A stretch of DNA of 32,000 nucleotides from Pararhizobium sp. IMCC21322. Lineage in GTDB: Bacteria; Pseudomonadota; Alphaproteobacteria; Rhizobiales; GCA-2746425. The first letter of the stretch is position 1, and each line of letters starts with the position of its first letter. Below, in pieces: positions 1 to 5,658 of the stretch. The position numbers were made by a program, and so were the translations under genes. The stretch is from positions 812,412 through 844,411 of the forward strand of contig NZ_CP132335.1 of assembly GCF_030758295.1 (NCBI RefSeq), read 5' to 3'. The notes below the pieces were generated by a model. That model was given only the letters and a program-made list of their open reading frames with translations. It did not search any database and was not told where the DNA came from.

Positions 1-699
1 TTCGCTATGGCACATCCTATTTCCGGCACGCTTGCAGAAACGTATCTGCGCAAACGCGGCATCACTAATTTGCGCGAAACCGGATCACTCCGTTTTCATC
101 CCAACAGTTACTATCGGCCCGACCATCATTCGGAGACCGAGACCTGGCCCGCATTGATAGCAGCGGTCAGCGATCGTGTTGGAAGCATCACCGGGGCGCA
201 TCGTACATGGCTTGATCCAGACGGCTTCTCCGAGGCCATGCTTGGCAAGGCTCCGATCGACACGCCGCGCCGCGCGATGGGCAGTCTACTCGGCAATGCG
301 GTTCGGTTCGGGATCGCACGGGATGTCATGGCGGCGGGCGAAGGCATCGAGACCATGCTGTCGCTGAGGATGATCTTACCCGGAATGCCCATGGCAGCTG
401 CGCTTTCTGCAGCACACCTCGCAGCCATCATGTTTCCGGCAACGCTGCGCCGCCTCTATATCGCCCGCGACAATGATCCGGCCGGTGACGGAGCGATGAA
501 AACCCTGATCGACCGGGCGCGTGAATCCGACATCGAAGCGGTCCCGCTGTCGCCACAACACGGGGACTTTAACGAGGATCTGCGCCTTCTCGGGATCGGT
601 GCGCTGCAAGCCGCAATACGGGTCCAGATCGCCCCGGACGATGTCGACCGGTTCATGCATGGCGCAGCCACGGTCGGGAAGGAGGCGGTGACGGGCTGA
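1..699 (+). CDS. Toprim-domain (primase-like, DUF7146-type) protein, 5' end cut by the window edge
   Basis: The frame is open from nt 1. Toprim signatures are present: GEGIETMLS (conserved Glu) and ARDNDPAGDGA (DxD). The AETYLRKRGI segment is typical of the central part of this family, so the listed ATG at 7 is probably internal. Confidence 0.8.
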   Translation, partial: FAMAHPISGTLAETYLRKRGITNLRETGSLRFHPNSYYRPDHHSETETWPALIAAVSDRVGSITGAHRTWLDPDGFSEAMLGKAPIDTPRRAMGSLLGNAVRFGIARDVMAAGEGIETMLSLRMILPGMPMAAALSAAHLAAIMFPATLRRLYIARDNDPAGDGAMKTLIDRARESDIEAVPLSPQHGDFNEDLRLLGIGALQAAIRVQIAPDDVDRFMHGAATVGKEAVTG

Positions 700-993
700 T
701 GTGCCGCGCCGGGATCGGTGGGGGATATCGACCTGCATCGGTAAGAGCCGCGACCTCGGCCTTCTTCAGAGGGCGAACGGACGGCAAGCGGGCCGGTCCG
801 GCAATGGCTACGCCCGGTTCTTTTCCGTCGACCCTGCGGGCCGTTCCATCGCGAGCCAAAAGAACCGGTCTGCGCCATCCTCCGCTGCGCTGCGGCCCTG
901 CGCATCCGCTCCAGGTGCAGGTCTGTCCCGCCCGCCGTCTTTCGTCGCCATGAAGGCCGCGGCGGTCGCGGTCCACCCAATGAGGAGCATCCC

Positions 994-1935
994 ATGTACA
1001 CCGGTCCCCACAGCGAAAACACCGAGCCCCATCACGCATCTTCACCTACCGACGACATCTGCACCGGCCTCCAGTTGCACGGCTACCGACATTCCGAAAA
1101 CGATCCCGACCCGCGCGATGTGCCCGAAGACGACCGGATCATCGGGGCCGTCGCCGATATCTTCGATGCCCTCGTGGCAACGATGGCGGACACCAGTCTC
1201 GACACCGATCTCGACGAATTGCTCTGGTCCACCGTCAATATGTTCCACCGCGCCACCGACCGGATCGAACGCAAGCTCGACGACAACGAACAGGCGCAGA
1301 AACGCGGCCAGCGCCGACAGGACGGCTCCGAGGTCAAGGCCGTGCAGCTCGAACATCTGATCTCGGTCGGGCAATCCTTGCTCGAACGCCGCGACTGCAT
1401 GGAGGTCTTCCGCGACAGTGCCGCCGAACATCATCTGAAACTTACCGGCTCACCCTGGTCCGCTCGCTCCGGATCACGGGTCAGCCACCGCAATCTCACC
1501 TCGGCGATGATCGATAGCCGGGACTTCCTCGCCGCGAAGAAGCACGCCGATACCGAAGTGCATCTGCCCACAGGTACAAAGATCGCCTTCACCGGCGGAA
1601 TGGACTTCAACGATCATCGCCTGATCTGGGATACGCTCGACAAGGTTCACGCCAAGCATTCCAACATGGTCCTGCTGCATGGCGGCTCGCCCAAGGGTGC
1701 CGAACTGATTGCCGCCAAATGGGCAAACAACCGCAAGGTGACACAGGTCGTCTTCAAGCCCGATTGGACACGCCACGCCAAGGCCGCTCCGTTCAAGCGC
1801 AACGATGCGATTCTCGATACCCTGCCGATCGGTGTCATCATCTTTCCCGGGACCGGTATTCAGGACAATTTTGCCGACAAGGCAAGAAAACTCGGCATCA
1901 AGGCCTATGACTTTCGCAAGAAGGACGGCGCATGA
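994..1935 (+). CDS. DUF2493 (SLOG/YspA-like Rossmann fold) protein with a ~190-aa acidic N-terminal extension
   Basis: The C-terminal third reads FTGGMDFNDHRLIWDTLDKV..VLLHGGSPKGAELIAAKWA..KRNDAIL..FPGTGI, which I recognise as DUF2493. A GAGGAG Shine-Dalgarno lies 7 nt upstream of ATG 994. Confidence 0.8.
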   Translation: MYTGPHSENTEPHHASSPTDDICTGLQLHGYRHSENDPDPRDVPEDDRIIGAVADIFDALVATMADTSLDTDLDELLWSTVNMFHRATDRIERKLDDNEQAQKRGQRRQDGSEVKAVQLEHLISVGQSLLERRDCMEVFRDSAAEHHLKLTGSPWSARSGSRVSHRNLTSAMIDSRDFLAAKKHADTEVHLPTGTKIAFTGGMDFNDHRLIWDTLDKVHAKHSNMVLLHGGSPKGAELIAAKWANNRKVTQVVFKPDWTRHAKAAPFKRNDAILDTLPIGVIIFPGTGIQDNFADKARKLGIKAYDFRKKDGA

Positions 1936-2094
1936 GCGCCGTTCCACCTTTTGCGATCAAGCAACCGCAATAGCAGACGGTTGCATTGATCGCGCCTGCA
2001 GACCCACTCCCAATTCTTCGCGTTTTTTGCTATAAGTAAAATGCGCCGAGGTGGTGGTGGCTGGCGCGACCGTTCTAGCACGGAGTCTGTCACC

Positions 2095-2556
2095 ATGATC
2101 TTTATCAACATCCTCCTTGTCGTCGGCGTGATCAGCTTCCTCTGCTGGCTCGTCTTCACGCTCGCCGTTCACGCATTGCCACTCTTCACCGGCGTTACGG
2201 TCGGCATCTGGGCGCATGACAGCGGCGCTGGCGTTGTCGGCGGTCTAGCCATCGGTGCCCTCGCCGCGGGCGCCATCGCCATTGTCGGGCAATTGGTCTT
2301 CGCTTTCGCCCGCCCGCTCTGGGTTCGTCTCATCGTCGCGGCCCTCTTCGCGGGACCGGCTGCGGTTGCCGGTTACGCTGCAACGCATGGGATCGCGAAA
2401 CACCTCATGCCGTCCGAAGCTTGGCAGATGACGTTTTCGATCGTCGGTGCAATCGTCGTTGGAATTACCGCTCTGTTTCGAATGCCGGGCACGGCCCCAC
2501 CCGAGCCGGGCACGGCCCCACCCGAGCCGGGCGTGGCGCGTACGAGCGGCGCTTAG
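2095..2556 (+). CDS. Small polytopic membrane protein (about four hydrophobic helices) of unknown function; the start may instead be 2041
   Basis: The translation MIFINILLVVGVISFLCWLVFTLAV... contains four long hydrophobic Gly/Ala-rich stretches. A GGAG lies ~9 nt upstream of ATG 2095. I recognise no family. Confidence 0.5.
   Translation: MIFINILLVVGVISFLCWLVFTLAVHALPLFTGVTVGIWAHDSGAGVVGGLAIGALAAGAIAIVGQLVFAFARPLWVRLIVAALFAGPAAVAGYAATHGIAKHLMPSEAWQMTFSIVGAIVVGITALFRMPGTAPPEPGTAPPEPGVARTSGA
2484..2537. repeat. 21-bp perfect tandem duplication (gccgggcacggccccacccga x2) plus a partial third copy, in frame within the membrane-protein gene
   Basis: Copies at 2484-2504 and 2505-2525 are identical, and 2526 onward matches the first 7 nt before degenerating. 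The repeat encodes PGTAPPE-PGTAPPE-PG. Confidence 0.9.
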
Positions 2557-3141
2557 TCACCGTTAAGGGCCGAAATGGGGATGGGTGCGGCTGTCCGTCC
2601 GGATCTTCGCTGCCTCATCTTAAGAGAATGCACGGCGACGGGATGGATCTCAATTCTCGGTTCGAGCGAAAGTCACCCATGTCGAAGGTCTCCGGGTCGG
2701 AACCGAAGGCGCTGGACGTTCCGGGAAATGGTTGACTGGGTTCTCACAACTCCGGCGGAATGGCTCACGAGACGGCGCAGCGTGCCTGCGTATTCATGAA
2801 ACGGATTTGACCGTTGTGAAACCGGACTGTCTCGGTGTCATCGGTTTCCAATTTCTCCGTCGGCTACCTCTGTTGGGATCGACCGCTCCAAACGGCCTCT
2901 TCAATGGACTGATCTGGCCGAAGGACGGCTTCGCCTCGACCGCCTATGGCTCAACGGTGCCGGTCCACTTTCTTCCCCTGCCGGCTGTGCCGCCATTCCT
3001 CGCGAAACCAAGAAAGTCTCCCGTCACCATCCTCCACCATGTTTCGGCCCTACGGGTGAGCCGTCGGTCGCCTCCGGCTTCTTGATCGCCATCGAGGCCG
3101 CAATGGTGCGGGCTCGGACACAGAGCAAACGGAGAAATATC

Positions 3142-3462
3142 ATGGCAACCATCGGCACCTTCAAAAAGTCCGGCAACGAATACACGGGCGAAATCGTAAC
3201 CCTCAACGTGCAGGCCAAGAACGTCCGCATCGTCCCCGAAACCAGCCAGAGCAACGAGAACGCTCCCAGCCACCGCGTTCTGGTCGGCCGCGCCGAAATC
3301 GGCGCCGCCTGGTCGAAGACCTCCAACGAGGGCCGCGACTATCTCGGCCTCAAGCTGGACGATCCGAGCTTCACCGCTCCGATCTACGCCAACCTCTTCG
3401 ACGACGAGGACGAAGGTTATAGCCTCATCTGGTCCCGCCCCAACCGCCGCAACGGCGACTGA
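3142..3462 (+). CDS. DUF736 domain protein (copy 1)
   Basis: MATIGTFKKSGNEYTGEIVTLNV..NAPSHRV..GAAWSKTSNEGRDYLGLKLDDPSFTAPIYANLF..YSLIWSRP matches the DUF736 pattern and is paralogous to 7842..8180. GGAGAAATATC precedes ATG 3142. The listed start at 3082 lacks a ribosome-binding site. Confidence 0.85.
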   Translation: MATIGTFKKSGNEYTGEIVTLNVQAKNVRIVPETSQSNENAPSHRVLVGRAEIGAAWSKTSNEGRDYLGLKLDDPSFTAPIYANLFDDEDEGYSLIWSRPNRRNGD

Positions 3463-3476
3463 GCGACCAGCGAGAC

Positions 3477-3503
3477 GCCCCGTTCGGACATTCCGGGCGG
3501 GGC
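3477..3503 (+). terminator. GC-rich hairpin 15 nt downstream of the DUF736 stop codon; possible intrinsic terminator without a clear U-tract
   Basis: gccccgttcgga-cat-tccgggcggggc forms a 12-bp stem (two G-U pairs at RNA level) with a 3-nt loop. No T-run follows, so function is uncertain. Confidence 0.4.
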
Positions 3504-3595
3504 CGTCAGCGTGCCTAGGCGACCGAATCAGATCGCCTCACCGTTCGCAAACTACCCATAGAACTGAATATTTTACTCGCCAATATCGCAAAGAA

Positions 3596-3610
3596 CGACT
3601 ATTATAGTCG
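3596..3610. promoter_or_regulatory. Perfect 7-1-7 palindrome CGACTAT-T-ATAGTCG overlapping a TATAGT -10-like hexamer, 44 nt upstream of the XRE gene; candidate operator
   Basis: The palindrome was read directly from the sequence. It sits in the most AT-rich part of the 3463-3653 intergenic region, immediately upstream of the AGGAGG ribosome-binding site and ATG 3654. Confidence 0.4.
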
Positions 3611-3653
3611 TAGTACTGGCGTGCCTATTCGTGTCTGTAGGAGGTGATCATGC

Positions 3654-3908
3654 ATGATCACCGCCCGACAAACGCGGGCTGCGCGCGCGTTACTTGGTTG
3701 GACGCAGGAGACGCTCGCTGAAAAAGCCCTGGTATCACTGACCGCCTTGAAGCGCCTTGAGTCATCCAGTGACTTGAAGGTGTTCGAGTCGACTTTCGAC
3801 CAGGTCCGCCGCGCGCTGGAAGGTGCCGGTATCGTCTTCCTCAATTCCGGCCAAGGGGAAGGAGTGATGATTGTTCACGCCAAGGACGAAAGCGCGCAGG
3901 CGGGATAG
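3654..3908 (+). CDS. XRE-family helix-turn-helix transcriptional regulator (84 aa)
   Basis: ITARQTRAARALLGWTQETLAEKALVSLTALKRLE is a typical HTH_3/XRE motif. An AGGAGG site lies 9 nt upstream of the ATG. Confidence 0.8.
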   Translation: MITARQTRAARALLGWTQETLAEKALVSLTALKRLESSSDLKVFESTFDQVRRALEGAGIVFLNSGQGEGVMIVHAKDESAQAG

Positions 3909-3932
3909 GTTTCTTTATACCTTTTATGCGAA

Positions 3933-4301
3933 ATGCTACGCGTTTTCCACCGGTCGCCAGCAACATCACTTCCCGAAAAAAGCCTCGTCGATACGGTTAA
4001 CAACCGTCGCGCAGGCCGCTATCGATGGGGGATGGGGGTGACTACTGACAGACACGACGATGAGCCGCCACGTAGTGCAAGTCTGACGGCCTATGACCGG
4101 ACTCATCTGAAACTGTACCTGCGTCTGCTCGACGCCGAGGCGGATGGGGCGGCATGGCAAGAGATCGTACAAGTCCTGTTCGATATTGATCCCACTATCC
4201 ATCCCGACCGCGCCCGCCGCATGCATGACGCCCATCTTGCCCGCGCGCGCTGGATGACCGAACAGGGCTATCGCGATCTCCTTTGGGGCGCACGGCATTG
4301 A
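3933..4301 (+). CDS. Stand-alone DUF2285-like protein, a paralogue of the C-terminal domain of the downstream activator; the true start is possibly ATG 4032
   Basis: The C-terminal LKLYLRLLDAEADGAAWQEIVQVLFDID....ARWMTEQGYRDLL parallels LSLMIRAADGVACHASHRQIAAVLFGRH....IDGGYRDIL of ORF 4691..5191. The N-terminal 33 aa of the listed ORF look non-conserved. Confidence 0.65.
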   Translation: MLRVFHRSPATSLPEKSLVDTVNNRRAGRYRWGMGVTTDRHDDEPPRSASLTAYDRTHLKLYLRLLDAEADGAAWQEIVQVLFDIDPTIHPDRARRMHDAHLARARWMTEQGYRDLLWGARH

Positions 4302-4308
4302 CGCCGAC

Positions 4309-4329
4309 GTGATGCCGCTACGGCATCAC
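4309..4329 (+). terminator. Perfect 9-bp stem with a 3-nt loop (gtgatgccg-cta-cggcatcac), 8 nt after the stop codon of the small DUF2285 gene; terminator, attenuator or protein-binding palindrome
   Basis: Read directly from the sequence. No U-tract follows (cccttgccc), so it is not a canonical intrinsic terminator. Confidence 0.35.
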
Positions 4330-4422
4330 CCCTTGCCCAAAATCCGGCTTCTCAAACCAGCAATCTCTTGAAATCATGGAGGCTTAACTGCCCACCATGG
4401 CCTGCAGACGTTGGAGGAGAGG

Positions 4423-5191
4423 ATGGCGCTTGACCCAAACCAGTGGCGGTCCGATGCCGCCTACGCCTATCTGGACGACCTCAATGCCGAAGGTCTGGCG
4501 TGGGAATGCCTGCGCCGAAACACCGGCTATCAGGATGAATATGCCGCCGCCCAAATCGGGAAGATCGATGGTGATGCTGTCGACGACCTGATCAGGCGGC
4601 ACTGGGGGTTACGATTTCGCGACGCGTCCGGACTGCACTGCACTCGACGAAATCATCTATTGGTCACCGGTAATCGACACTGCGACGGTTATGTTGGCCG
4701 CAACATCCCCGACTATCGGTATGGTTGCCGAGCAATCGATCTTACTCGATCCTTCGTCGGTTCGCTCAGCCCCTGACGGATTGTATGCCCGCCATGGCGA
4801 TGGGCCATCTGCGGTCTATTCCGTGGTGTTGGGGCAACGAGAACTTGTTCCGACCGCAACAGTCATCGTCCCTCTTGACGCAGATAGTCCGGACCGCCTT
4901 GCCGCCGCTGGTCGGCTCTGGCGTGTGCTCAACGGCATAGCCGCACCGGACACACGCCTCACGCCCCAACGTCGCAAACGGCTCAGTCTTATGATCCGCG
5001 CCGCAGATGGCGTTGCATGCCATGCGTCCCATCGTCAGATCGCAGCCGTGCTATTTGGCAGACATCGCGTCGCTGCCGAACTCTGGCACGAGTCCTCGCT
5101 GCGCTACACGACTATCCGGCTGTGTCGGAACGGTCAGGCGATGATCGACGGCGGCTACCGCGATATTCTGCGTCACCGCAGACGAGCGTAG
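4423..5191 (+). CDS. fseA: FseA-like activator with an N-terminal DUF6499-type motif and a C-terminal DUF2285 domain, encoded in two frames. Segment 4423..4617 (frame 1) joins 4619..5191 (frame 2) through a putative +1 ribosomal frameshift. The alternative is a frameshifted pseudogene.
   Basis: Frame 1 gives MALDPNQWRSDAAYAYLDDLNAEGLAWECLRRNTGY...RHWGLRF and then an unnatural Cys/Arg/His-rich tail. Frame 2 is open from 4592 and reads ATRPDCTALDEIIYWSPVIDTATVMLAATSP... through to the DUF2285 end. The junction is CGA-TTT-C at 4612-4618. A GGAGGAGAGG ribosome-binding site precedes ATG 4423; the listed start at 4411 is TTG. Confidence 0.6.
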
Positions 5192-5368
5192 CCAGCCTCC
5201 ACGACGGAAATAGCGTCTCCGCCCTGCGTTCCGGCGTTTTTCCACCGGCGCGGTGCAAATTAGCGCTTCCCTTCTTCGCACCTGCCCGCGCCGGGCACGC
5301 TTCGCCATCGTGGCCTCCAATCGTCGCCGACCATCGGCAACGCGCTTGGACCCCACGGAGGCCTCACC

Positions 5369-5650
5369 ATGTCAGCAAATACCGCCCACCTGCCGCCACG
5401 CTACCTGAGAACGCCAGAAGCGGCGCACTTCCTCAGTCTGTCCGGGCGTACTTTGGAGAAGCATCGCACGTACGGAACAGGACCCGCGTACCGTAAGCTC
5501 GGCGGCCGGGTCGTTTATTCGGTGGAGGACCTGCAGGCCTGGGCGGACCGCGGCGCGGTCACCTCGACCTCCGATCCGCGAGGATCGGTCCTTCCCGCCA
5601 AGCGCCATGACGATGCGTCGCTCGCTCCAAGTGACGGCGAGCCGCGCTGA
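5369..5650 (+). CDS. Excisionase/MerR-type helix-turn-helix (HTH_17-like) DNA-binding protein, in the position of a recombination directionality factor or transfer-operon regulator
   Basis: PRYLRTPEAAHFLSLSGRTLEKHRTYGTGPAYRKLGGRVVYSVEDLQAWAD is the typical excisionase-family HTH pattern. A GGAGG lies 7 nt upstream of the ATG. Confidence 0.75.
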   Translation: MSANTAHLPPRYLRTPEAAHFLSLSGRTLEKHRTYGTGPAYRKLGGRVVYSVEDLQAWADRGAVTSTSDPRGSVLPAKRHDDASLAPSDGEPR

Positions 5651-5658
5651 GCTTTCTC

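Noticed and set aside
699-953. An 84-aa basic ORF whose ATG overlaps the Toprim stop codon (TGATG), suggesting translational coupling, in the 295-bp gap before the DUF2493 gene.
   Set aside because: The sequence (MCRAGIGGGYRPASVRAATSAFFRGR...) is low-complexity and Arg/Pro/Ala-rich with no recognisable motif. A 1-nt overlap can arise by chance. I cannot support it as a gene without conservation data.
2732-3085. A 117-aa ORF (TTG start) and its neighbours 2421..2735 and 2575..2799, considered as real genes in the gap before DUF736.
   Set aside because: They have no ribosome-binding site and no motif I recognise, and they form three overlapping frames in succession. The region is treated as ORF-poor, possibly a relic, in the findings rather than annotated as CDS.
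4711-4721. An 11-mer, cgactatcggt, shared between the activator gene (4711-4721) and the trbB upstream spacer (15266-15276). It contains the half-site CGACTAT of the XRE-proximal palindrome, hinting at a common operator.
   Set aside because: On the order of a hundred repeated 11-mer pairs are expected by chance in 32 kb. Neither extra copy is palindromic.
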